Positions 10,391 to 20,338 of a stretch of 64,000 nucleotides of DNA are shown one piece after another; position 1 is the stretch's first letter; every line of letters starts with the position of its first letter. The stretch lies in the NCBI RefSeq assembly GCF_003790525.1, contig NZ_CP033635.1; one strand, written 5' to 3'. Under the pieces are notes generated by a model, which was not told the DNA's origin, searched no databases, and worked only from the letters and a program-made list of their open reading frames with translations. The translations under genes and the position numbers were made by a program. The DNA comes from Escherichia coli (GTDB lineage: Bacteria > Pseudomonadota > Gammaproteobacteria > Enterobacterales > Enterobacteriaceae).

Positions 10391-10933
10391 TTAATCCTGC
10401 GCCACACGCATAACCAGAGAAGATAACACATCACCTGATTGCACTGAGTTATCTGTCAGTTTCAGGTATTTTGCTTTAAACGGAATAGCATATTGACCTT
10501 CCGCTGTTTTATAACTCTCAATGTTAAAAGGTGCAGAAACATCCAGGACATCGCTGTTATCACCTAAATAGAGATAGTAACCCACGGTATCGTTGCTACT
10601 GGCTATCGCCTTATCGTTACCGGTTATTTTATCGTTGGTAATCAACGAGAGTTTTACACCAGCAACTTCTTTCGGGCAGCTAATTTTTAACATGCTGCTG
10701 GTTACACCGACTGCATCATCATAGGTAGAATATTTAGCTTTACCTTCAAAGACACTGGTTGGTACAGTCGGCATATTAATACTTACTGAATCACCACCCG
10801 CTTCGAATTTACACGGAGATTCTGCAATATTCCCCTTAATAGTTAATGTTCCGGTATCAACGTCTGCAGCAAATACTCCAGCGCTCATAAAAAAAGAAGA
10901 AAAGACAGCGGCAGCAATAATTGAACGTTTCAT
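10391..10933 (-). CDS. yehD: major fimbrial subunit
   Basis: 180-aa fimbrial subunit with signal peptide; first gene of the operon, preceded by an AT-rich leader. Confidence 0.85.
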   Translation of the reverse strand: MKRSIIAAAVFSSFFMSAGVFAADVDTGTLTIKGNIAESPCKFEAGGDSVSINMPTVPTSVFEGKAKYSTYDDAVGVTSSMLKISCPKEVAGVKLSLITNDKITGNDKAIASSNDTVGYYLYLGDNSDVLDVSAPFNIESYKTAEGQYAIPFKAKYLKLTDNSVQSGDVLSSLVMRVAQD

Positions 10934-11156
10934 AATATGTTCCTTAATAAAATTTTATTTTTGGTTGTTAAGAGTCTGTATCTCTTGGAAACAAATTTCT
11001 CACATCAAAAAAGTTGCCGCAATGTAAACACATTGTTTTATTGATTTAAAACAAATTAACCATTGCAATATAAATACAAAAAACATTTAAGAGTATTAAC
11101 TATTTATCGCATCTATCAATTAATGTAGATTTATGTAAATGGTATTGTTGATATCA

Positions 11157-11195
11157 ATAAAAAAGCCGAAATCATTTATATAAATGATTTCGGCT
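11157..11195 (-). terminator. intrinsic terminator downstream of yehE
   Basis: Hairpin AGCCGAAATCATTT...AAATGATTTCGGCT followed on the minus strand by TTTTTTAT. Confidence 0.6.
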
Positions 11196-11226
11196 TTCTA
11201 AATGCAATTAAAATCAGGTTGCCAAA

Positions 11227-11508
11227 TTAATCGTAGCGATTTAACACGATTCGACGTTTGCTATCGCTACCTGCAACAACCACTTCTGTCGTTACACCTT
11301 TGACGGGCGAAGAAAACAGATGACGGGTGTCAACATTATACGTTAACTGACCACAATGCTGTTGAGGTTGACCATTAACCATAGCCATACTGCATGTTGG
11401 GGGACTGATCCTGCCATTAATCGCTAATGTGGCAGTCTCTGAAGAGAATGCGGGAGAAGCCAATCCATAGGCAAGAAAAATAATTCCTGACAGCCAATAC
11501 TTATTCAT
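11227..11508 (-). CDS. yehE: small secreted protein of unknown function
   Basis: 93-aa ORF with N-terminal signal peptide; position between the yeh fimbrial operon and mrp. Confidence 0.75.
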   Translation of the reverse strand: MNKYWLSGIIFLAYGLASPAFSSETATLAINGRISPPTCSMAMVNGQPQQHCGQLTYNVDTRHLFSSPVKGVTTEVVVAGSDSKRRIVLNRYD

Positions 11509-11770
11509 TGAACGTTATCCCTGTAGTAAAGGTTATGCCTGGATAGAATGAGTGCATAACAAACTATAGCTGTACATCCACTACACAGCCACGAAGGATG
11601 ATAATGAAGCATTGCCTGTATGATCAATCGACTTTGTAGAGTTTCGGACGAAGGTCCGCAGAATATTCGCAGTATTAAATAAGTGTTCATTAATGCGGCA
11701 AAAACTAATACACCGCATCAATGTAACATCTCTGCGGTGTATGAAGAATAACCAGAATGGTTAATAGGCG

Positions 11771-12880
11771 TTAGACCGCGCGGAAGGAAATCTCGCCTGG
11801 AATGACTTCACCCTGCCAGTAGAGCTGAGCTGCAACGCGGTCAGCCAGCTGGCGGTAGATAGCGGTAAATTCGCTCTCCGGACGGCTGATAACCGTTGGC
11901 GTACCTTTATCGAGATCCTCACGTAAGGAGATGTGTAACGGCATCTGCCCCAGCAGCTGTGTATGGTATTTTTCAGCCAGTTTCTCTGCACCACCGGTAC
12001 CGAAAATCGGTTCATGGTGACCACAGTTACTGCAAATATGCACACTCATGTTCTCGACAATACCGAGCACCGGAACCTCGACTTTCTCGAACATCACAAT
12101 GCCTTTTTTCGCATCGATCAGCGCGATGTCCTGCGGGGTGGTGACCACGACTGCACCGGTTACTGGAATGTTTTGCGCCAGCGTCAATTGAATGTCACCG
12201 GTGCCTGGCGGCATATCAAGCACCAGATAGTCGAGATCCGGCCACAAGGTTTCCTGCAACATCTGCATTAACGCCTTGCTCGCCATCGGTCCACGCCACA
12301 CCATCGCATTGTCGTCAGTGACCAGATAACCAATTGAATTGGTTGCCAGGCCATGAGACATAATCGGTGCCATATGGGTACCGTCCGGCGAAGTTGGACG
12401 CTGATTTTCTGCGCCCAACATTGTTGGGATTGATGGGCCGTAGATATCGGCGTCCAGAATGCCGACTTTCGCCCCTTCTGCCGCCAGCGCCAGTGCCAGG
12501 TTTACCGCCGTGGACGATTTACCCACGCCGCCTTTACCGGAACTCACCGCGATAATGTTCTTCACACCGTTAATTCCCGGCTGATTCTTCACGCGTTTCA
12601 GAGTGGCTATGTTATGCGACAGTTTCCAGTCGATAGCTTTCGCCCCGGTGATGCGCAGCAGTTCGGCGCTACATTGCTCTTTTAACTCTTCGAACGCGCT
12701 ATGCCAGACAAACGGCATAACCAGTTCCACATGCAACGTGTCGTCCATCCAGGCGACATGGTGCAACGCTTTCAGCGTGGTGAGGTTATGCTTCAGGGTT
12801 GGGTGCTGAAAATTGGCCAGTGTCCCGGCGACCATTGCGCGCAAGGCTTCTGGTGATTTGGCCTGGGATTGTTCGTTCAT
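11771..12880 (-). CDS. mrp: Fe-S cluster carrier ATPase (Mrp/ApbC/NBP35 family)
   Basis: Start placed at MNEQSQAKSPEALRAM...; deviant Walker A GKGGVGKSST present. Confidence 0.9.
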   Translation of the reverse strand: MNEQSQAKSPEALRAMVAGTLANFQHPTLKHNLTTLKALHHVAWMDDTLHVELVMPFVWHSAFEELKEQCSAELLRITGAKAIDWKLSHNIATLKRVKNQPGINGVKNIIAVSSGKGGVGKSSTAVNLALALAAEGAKVGILDADIYGPSIPTMLGAENQRPTSPDGTHMAPIMSHGLATNSIGYLVTDDNAMVWRGPMASKALMQMLQETLWPDLDYLVLDMPPGTGDIQLTLAQNIPVTGAVVVTTPQDIALIDAKKGIVMFEKVEVPVLGIVENMSVHICSNCGHHEPIFGTGGAEKLAEKYHTQLLGQMPLHISLREDLDKGTPTVISRPESEFTAIYRQLADRVAAQLYWQGEVIPGEISFRAV

Positions 12881-13011
12881 CCCGACTCCTTTTTTGTATA
12901 GATAAACCATCAGCTGATAGTTTACCTGAAGAATATAGAGAAGTACTTACTTAACATTTTCCCATTTGGTACTATCTAACCCCTTTTCACTATTAAGAAG
13001 TAATGCCTACT

Positions 13012-15045
13012 ATGACTCAAGTCGCGAAGAAAATTCTGGTGACGTGCGCACTGCCGTACGCTAACGGCTCAATCCACCTCGGCCATATGCTGGAGCACAT
13101 CCAGGCTGATGTCTGGGTCCGTTACCAGCGAATGCGCGGCCACGAGGTCAACTTCATCTGCGCCGACGATGCCCACGGTACACCGATCATGCTGAAAGCT
13201 CAGCAGCTTGGTATCACCCCGGAGCAGATGATTGGCGAAATGAGTCAGGAGCATCAGACTGATTTCGCAGGCTTTAACATCAGCTATGACAACTATCACT
13301 CGACGCACAGCGAAGAGAACCGCCAGTTGTCAGAACTTATCTACTCTCGCCTGAAAGAAAACGGTTTTATTAAAAACCGCACCATCTCTCAGCTGTACGA
13401 TCCGGAAAAAGGCATGTTCCTGCCGGACCGTTTTGTGAAAGGCACCTGCCCGAAATGTAAATCCCCGGATCAATACGGCGATAACTGCGAAGTCTGCGGC
13501 GCGACCTACAGCCCGACTGAACTGATCGAGCCGAAATCGGTGGTTTCTGGCGCTACGCCGGTAATGCGTGATTCTGAACACTTCTTCTTTGATCTGCCCT
13601 CTTTCAGCGAAATGTTGCAGGCATGGACCCGCAGCGGTGCGTTGCAGGAGCAGGTGGCAAATAAAATGCAGGAGTGGTTTGAATCTGGCCTGCAACAGTG
13701 GGATATCTCCCGCGACGCCCCTTACTTCGGTTTTGAAATTCCGAACGCGCCGGGCAAATATTTCTACGTCTGGCTGGACGCACCGATTGGCTACATGGGT
13801 TCTTTCAAGAATCTGTGCGACAAGCGCGGCGACAGCGTAAGCTTCGATGAATACTGGAAGAAAGACTCCACCGCCGAGCTGTACCACTTCATCGGTAAAG
13901 ATATTGTTTACTTCCACAGCCTGTTCTGGCCTGCCATGCTGGAAGGCAGCAACTTCCGCAAGCCGTCCAACCTGTTTGTTCATGGCTATGTGACGGTGAA
14001 CGGCGCAAAGATGTCCAAGTCTCGCGGCACCTTTATTAAAGCCAGCACCTGGCTGAATCATTTTGACGCAGACAGCCTGCGTTACTACTACACTGCGAAA
14101 CTCTCTTCGCGCATTGATGATATCGATCTCAACCTGGAAGATTTCGTTCAGCGTGTGAATGCCGATATCGTTAACAAAGTGGTTAACCTGGCCTCCCGTA
14201 ATGCGGGCTTTATCAACAAGCGTTTTGACGGCGTGCTGGCAAGCGAACTGGCTGACCCGCAGTTGTACAAAACCTTCACTGATGCCGCTGAAGTGATTGG
14301 TGAAGCGTGGGAAAGCCGTGAATTTGGTAAAGCCGTGCGCGAAATCATGGCGCTGGCTGATCTGGCTAACCGCTATGTCGATGAACAGGCTCCGTGGGTG
14401 GTGGCGAAACAGGAAGGCCGCGATGCCGACCTGCAGGCAATTTGCTCAATGGGCATCAACCTGTTCCGCGTGCTGATGACTTACCTGAAGCCGGTACTGC
14501 CGAAACTGACCGAGCGTGCAGAAGCATTCCTCAATACGGAACTGACCTGGGATGGTATCCAGCAACCGCTGCTGGGCCACAAAGTGAATCCGTTCAAGGC
14601 GCTGTATAACCGCATCGATATGAGGCAGGTTGAAGCACTGGTGGAAGCCTCTAAAGAAGAAGTAAAAGCCGCTGCCGCGCCGGTAACTGGCCCGCTGGCA
14701 GATGATCCGATTCAGGAAACCATCACCTTTGACGACTTCGCTAAAGTTGACCTGCGCGTGGCGCTGATTGAAAACGCAGAGTTTGTTGAAGGTTCTGACA
14801 AACTGCTGCGCCTGACGCTGGATCTCGGCGGTGAAAAACGCAATGTCTTCTCCGGTATTCGTTCTGCTTACCCGGATCCGCAGGCACTGATTGGTCGTCA
14901 CACCATTATGGTGGCTAACCTGGCACCACGTAAAATGCGCTTCGGTATCTCTGAAGGCATGGTGATGGCTGCCGGTCCTGGCGGGAAAGATATTTTCCTG
15001 CTAAGCCCGGATGCCGGTGCTAAACCGGGTCATCAGGTGAAATAA
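13012..15045 (+). CDS. metG: methionyl-tRNA synthetase
   Basis: 677-aa product starting [29 protein letters not shown] (HIGH motif) with KMSKS motif; divergent from mrp. Confidence 0.95.
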
Positions 15046-15052
15046 TCCCCCT

Positions 15053-15085
15053 TCAAGGCGCTGCATCGACAGCGCCTTTTCTTTA
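15053..15085 (+). terminator. intrinsic terminator after metG
   Basis: Hairpin AAGGCGCTGCATCGACAGCGCCTT followed by TTCTTTAT. Confidence 0.7.
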
Positions 15086-16715
15086 TAAATTCCTAAAGTT
15101 GTTTTCTTGCGATTTTGTCTCTCTCTAACCCGCATAAATACTGGTAGCATCTGCATTCAACTGGATAAAATTACAGGGATGCAGAATGAGACACTTTATC
15201 TATCAGGACGAAAAATCACATAAATTCAGGGCAGTTGAGCAACAGGGAAACGAGTTGCATATCAGTTGGGGAAAAGTTGGCACCAAAGGGCAAAGCCAGA
15301 TAAAAAGTTTTTCAGATGCTGCGGCAGCGGCAAAAGCGGAGCTTAAGCTGATTGCGGAGAAGGTGAAGAAGGGGTATGTGGAGCAAGCGAAGGATAATTC
15401 TTTGCAACCTTCCCAAACGGTAACGGGCTCTCTCAAGGTAGCGGACTTATCCACCATTATTCAGGAACAACCCTCTTTCGTAGCAGAAACCCGTGCGCCT
15501 GACAAAAATACAGATGCTGTTTTACCGTGGCTGGCGAAAGATATTGCTGTCGTTTTTCCGCCCGAAGTTGTACACACCACGTTAAGTCATCGCCGCTTTC
15601 CCGGAGTTCCTGTTCAGCAAGCAGACAAATTGCCCCAATTACGTCGCTTAGCCTGTAGTGTGTCGCAACGGGATAATAAAACAGCCACATTTGACTTCAG
15701 CGCCTGTTCTTTAGAATGGCAAAACACCGTCGCCCAGGCGATCAGTCAGATCGACGGCCTGAAAACAACACAGTTACCATCACCAGTAATGGCTGTACTC
15801 ACGGCACTTGAAATGAAATGCACAAGATATAAAGTGCGTGAGGATGTTATGGATCAGATCGTCCAGGAAGGCGGTCTGGAATATGCTACTGATGTAATAA
15901 TACACCTTCAACAGATTGATATTGAATGGGATTATGCGAATAATGTCATTATTATTCTGCCGTCTGGCATTGCACCTAGCTACTTGGAGCAATATTCCAG
16001 ATTTGAATGACGCCTACGTAAACATTTATCACTGACGGAAGAGTCTCTCTGGCAAAAATGTGCACAAAAACTTATTGCCGCAATTCCACATATTCCAGAA
16101 TGGCGGCAACCATTAATTGCTTTGTTATTACCCGAAAAACCAGAAATTGCACATGAAATTGCCCAGCGTCTACTGGGGCAAAAAAAATTACCCTCGCTTG
16201 AGTGGTTAAAAATAGTGGCGACTGATGAGCACATTCTTGCCTCATTAGAAAAATATCACGAACCATATGCCATTTTTGATGATTACTATTGTGGTGCGAT
16301 ATGGTCAGCCACCGTATTACAGGAGCAAGGTGTTGCAGCCCTGCCCCGATTTGCTCCCTATGCCGCAAGTGACTACTGCGCCGATGTGTTGCGTCATATC
16401 AATCATCCGTTCGCATTGACACTGCTTATACGTGTAGCCGGGCAAACTAAACGCTGTCACGATCGGATGACGAAAGCCATTGCTGCGTTCCCACATGCAG
16501 CAATGGCGGCACTGACGGAACTTCTTGGGCAAAAAGAAGAGAACAGTTGGCGCATTATGCTAATGACAATGCTTATCTCACAACCAGCACTGGCAGAACA
16601 GGTCATTCCCTGGCTCTCGACACCCGCAGTTGCCGTACTGAAATCATGCCAGCAACAACTGACACAGCCCTCAAACCATGCCAGCGCCGATCTACTGCCA
16701 GCCGTAGTAGTCTCC

Positions 16716-18054
16716 CATAAGCGCTAACTTAAGGGTTGTGGTATTACGCCTGATATGATTTAACGTGCCGATGAATTACTCTCACGATAACTGGTCAGCA
16801 ATTCTGGCCCATATTGGTAAGCCCGAAGAACTGGATACTTCGGCACGTAATGCCGGGGCTCTAACCCGCCGCCGCGAAATTCGTGATGCTGCAACTCTGC
16901 TACGTCTGGGGCTGGCTTACGGCCCCGGGGGGATGTCATTACGTGAAGTCACTGCATGGGCTCAGCTCCATGACGTTGCAACATTATCTGACGTGGCTCT
17001 CCTGAAGCGGCTGCGGAATGCCGCCGACTGGTTTGGCATACTTGCCGCACAAACACTTGCTGTACGCGCCGCAGTTACGGGTTGTACAAGCGGAAAGAGA
17101 TTGCGTCTTGTCGATGGAACAGCAATCAGTGCGCCCGGGGGCGGCAGCGCTGAATGGCGACTACATATGGGATATGATCCTCATACCTGTCAGTTCACTG
17201 ATTTTGAGCTAACCGACAGCAGAGACGCTGAACGGCTGGACCGATTTGCGCAAACGGCAGACGAGATACGCATTGCTGACCGGGGATTCGGTTCGCGTCC
17301 CGAATGTATCCGCTCACTTGCTTTTGGAGAAGCTGATTATATCGTCCGGGTTCACTGGCGAGGATTGCGCTGGTTAACTGCAGAAGGAATGCGCTTTGAC
17401 ATGATGGGTTTTCTGCGCGGGCTGGATTGCGGTAAGAACGGTGAAACCACTGTAATGATAGGCAATTCAGGTAATAAAAAAGCCGGAGCTCCCTTTCCGG
17501 CACGTCTCATTGCCGTATCACTTCCTCCCGAAAAAGCATTAATCAGTAAAACCCGACTGCTCAGCGAGAATCGTCGAAAAGGACGAGTAGTTCAGGCGGA
17601 AACGCTGGAAGCAGCGGGCCATGTGCTATTGCTAACATCATTACCGGAAGATGAATATTCAGCAGAGCAAGTGGCTGATTGTTACCGTCTGCGATGGCAA
17701 ATTGAACTGGCTTTTAAGCGGCTCAAAAGTTTGCTGCACCTGGATGCTTTGCGTGCAAAGGAACCTGAACTCGCGAAAGCGTGGATATTTGCTAATCTAC
17801 TCGCCGCATTTTTAATTGACGACATAATCCAGCCATCGCTGGATTTCCCCCCCAGAAGTGCCGGATCCGAAAAGAAGAACTAACTCGTTGTGGAGAATAA
17901 CAAAAATGGTCATCTGGAGCTTACAGGTGGCCATTCGTGGGACAGTATCCCTGACAGCCTACAAAACGCAATTGAAGAACGCGAGGCATCGTCTTAACGA
18001 GGCACCGAGGCGTCGCATTCTTCAGATGGTTCAACCCTTAAGTTAGCGCTTATG
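16716..18054 (+). mobile_element. IS186 (IS4 family) insertion sequence, 1339 bp, perfect 23-bp terminal inverted repeats, flanked by a 10-bp target duplication
   Basis: Left end CATAAGCGCTAACTTAAGGGTTG (16716-16738) is the exact inverted complement of the right end (18032-18054); direct repeat AGTAGTCTCC at 16706-16715 and 18055-18064. Confidence 0.85.
16771..17883 (+). CDS. insL: IS186 transposase (DDE, IS4 family)
   Basis: 370-aa product MNYSHDNWSAILAHIGKPEEL... recognised as the IS186 transposase; lies between the terminal inverted repeats. Confidence 0.85.
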   Translation: MNYSHDNWSAILAHIGKPEELDTSARNAGALTRRREIRDAATLLRLGLAYGPGGMSLREVTAWAQLHDVATLSDVALLKRLRNAADWFGILAAQTLAVRAAVTGCTSGKRLRLVDGTAISAPGGGSAEWRLHMGYDPHTCQFTDFELTDSRDAERLDRFAQTADEIRIADRGFGSRPECIRSLAFGEADYIVRVHWRGLRWLTAEGMRFDMMGFLRGLDCGKNGETTVMIGNSGNKKAGAPFPARLIAVSLPPEKALISKTRLLSENRRKGRVVQAETLEAAGHVLLLTSLPEDEYSAEQVADCYRLRWQIELAFKRLKSLLHLDALRAKEPELAKAWIFANLLAAFLIDDIIQPSLDFPPRSAGSEKKN

Positions 18055-20338
18055 AGTAGTCTCCCCTCCCTGGCTTTCGAAAAAGAAAAAATCGCCGATT
18101 CCGGTGCTGGATTTAGCGCCATTAGGCATTGAGCCAATCTGTTATCTGACAGAAGAAATCAGTAATCAACTTTTGGCGAAATATATCTGGTATTCAAAAC
18201 ACATCACGGTTAGCCATGAAGAAAGTACTACCAACCTGTTGGCAAGGATGGGTTTTCAACGACGGATCGCTGGTACATATATTAAAGCTCCCGAAGCGGT
18301 AGTTGAGGCATGGCTAAATGAAGATTATTCAACCTTACTAAGTGAATTTAAGGTGTTTCATTCACCTACCGGGCATTATTGGCAGTTGGGGATTTTGACA
18401 ACATTGCCGCTGGAGAAAGCAGTAAAAGCATGGAATGCCCTTACCCTATCTCCACATACCGATACCGAATACTCCATGTTACATTTTGGACTCAAAGGGT
18501 TACCTGGGTTAGTAAACTCACTTGCACGCTATCCACAAGAAGCCTTGCCCATCACGAATTACTTCGCAGCGAGTGAGCTGGCTCCTGCCGTCGCCCGTGC
18601 CTTCAACAAACTGAAAACGCTACGCGAAAACGCCCGTAGCTGGCTGTTGAAATACCCGGAACATGCCCTTACCGGCCTGCTGCCTGCGGCGCTCGGCAAA
18701 GCCGGTGAAGCACAGGATAACGCCCGCGCTGCCTTGCGTATGCTTACCGAAAACGGTCATCAGCCATTACTGCAAGAAATCGCCCGACGTTATAACCAGC
18801 CGGAAGTAACCGATGCGGTGAACGCTCTGCTTGCGCTCGATCCCTTAGATAATCACCCGACAAAAATCCCCACTCTTCCGGCCTTTTATCAGCCATCGCT
18901 CTGGACGCGCCCGGTATTAAAAGCAAATGCCCAATCACTGCCAGATAGCGCCCTCCTCCACCTCGGTGAAATGCTCCGCTTCCCTCAGGAAGAGGCTCTG
19001 TATCCGGGATTATTGCAGGTGAAAGACGTCTGTTCCGCCGACTCACTGGCGGGATTTGCCTGGGATCTGTTTACCGCCTGGCAGACCGCTGGCGCGCCGT
19101 CGAAAGAGAGTTGGGCGTTCACTGCGTTAGGCGTTCTCGGTAACGATGACACCGCCCGCAAACTGACGCCATTAATACGCGCCTGGCCTGGTGAATCCCA
19201 GCATAAACGCGCCACCGTTGGGTTGGATATTCTCGCTGCTATCGGTAGTGATATCGCCCTTATGCAGCTTAACGGCATCGCCCAGAAACTGAAATTCAAA
19301 GCATTACAGGAGCGGGCAAAAGAAAAAATTGCCGACATTGCCGAGAGCCGCGAACTCACGGTGGCGGAGCTTGAAGATCGGTTAGCACCGGATCTCGGTC
19401 TGGATGATAACGGTTCGCTGCTGCTGGATTTTGGCCCACGGCAGTTCACCGTCAGCTTTGATGAAACCTTAAAACCGTTTGTGCGTGATGTTTCCGGCAG
19501 CCGCCTGAAAGACCTGCCCAAACCGAACAAAAGCGATGATGAAACGCGGGCGAACGATGCGGTTAACCGCTACAAATTGCTGAAAAAAGATGCGCGTACC
19601 ATCGCCGCCCAGCAGGTAGCAAGGCTGGAATCCGCCATGTGCCTGCGCCGCCGCTGGTCGCTGGAAAACTTCCAGCTCTTCCTGGTTGAGCATCCGCTGG
19701 TTCGTCACTTAACCCGCCGTCTGATTTGGGGCGTTTATAGCGCCGAAAACCAGCTACTGGCTTGCTTTCGCGTAGCAGAAGATAACAGCTCCAGCACCGC
19801 TGACGATGATCTTTTCACCCTGCCGGAAGGCGATATCTCTATCGGCACTCCTCACGTTCTGGAAATATCACCAACGGATGCTGCCGCCTTTGGTCAGCTT
19901 TTTGCCGACTACGAACTGCTACCACCGTTCCGCCAGCTCGACCGTAACAGCTACGCCCTGACAGAAGCCGAGCGCAATGCCAGTGAACTGACCCGCTGGG
20001 CAGGCAGAAAATGCCCGAGTGGTCGGGTCATGGGGCTGGCGAATAAAGGCTGGATAAAGGGCGAACCACAGGATGGAGGCTGGATCGGATGGATGATCAA
20101 ACCTTTGGGTCGCTGGTCGTTAATCATGGAAATCGATGAAGGCTTTGCGGTAGGCATGTCGCCAGCCGAACTCAGCGCTGAGCAGCTCTTAAGCAAGCTG
20201 TGGCTATGGGAAGGCAAAGCAGAAAGATATGGCTGGGGGAGTAATTCAACACAGGAAGCGCAGTTCTCCGTAATCGATGCCATCACCGCCAGCGAGCTAA
20301 TTAACGATATTGAAGCCCTGTTTGAATAAGGAAAGAGC

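Larger units (their letters stand above)
15186..20329 (+). pseudogene. molR: molR-like WGR/DUF4132 gene, disrupted by an in-frame TGA (16008-16010) and by an IS186 insertion (16716-18054)
   Basis: N-terminal WGR-like motif (HISWGKVGTKGQ); reading frame continues after the TGA and, once IS186 and one copy of its target duplication are removed, reads through ...AVVVS|PPWLSKKK..., paralleling yehI. Confidence 0.7.

Noticed and set aside
11505-11690. 61-aa ORF between yehE and mrp
   Set aside because: No ribosome-binding site or recognisable features; it lies in the yehE upstream region and is more likely promoter DNA.
13330-14061. 243-aa minus-strand ORF (and neighbouring 13069-13308, 14446-14901) inside metG
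   Set aside because: Antisense shadow ORFs within a well-supported essential gene; no start context, and the translations look like typical reverse-frame products of a GC-balanced gene.
18985-19530. 181-aa minus-strand ORF (and others at 18744-19046, 19951-20403, 22164-22925) inside molR/yehI
   Set aside because: Antisense ORFs within the large DUF4132 genes; Ser/Arg/Ala-rich translations typical of non-coding frames.
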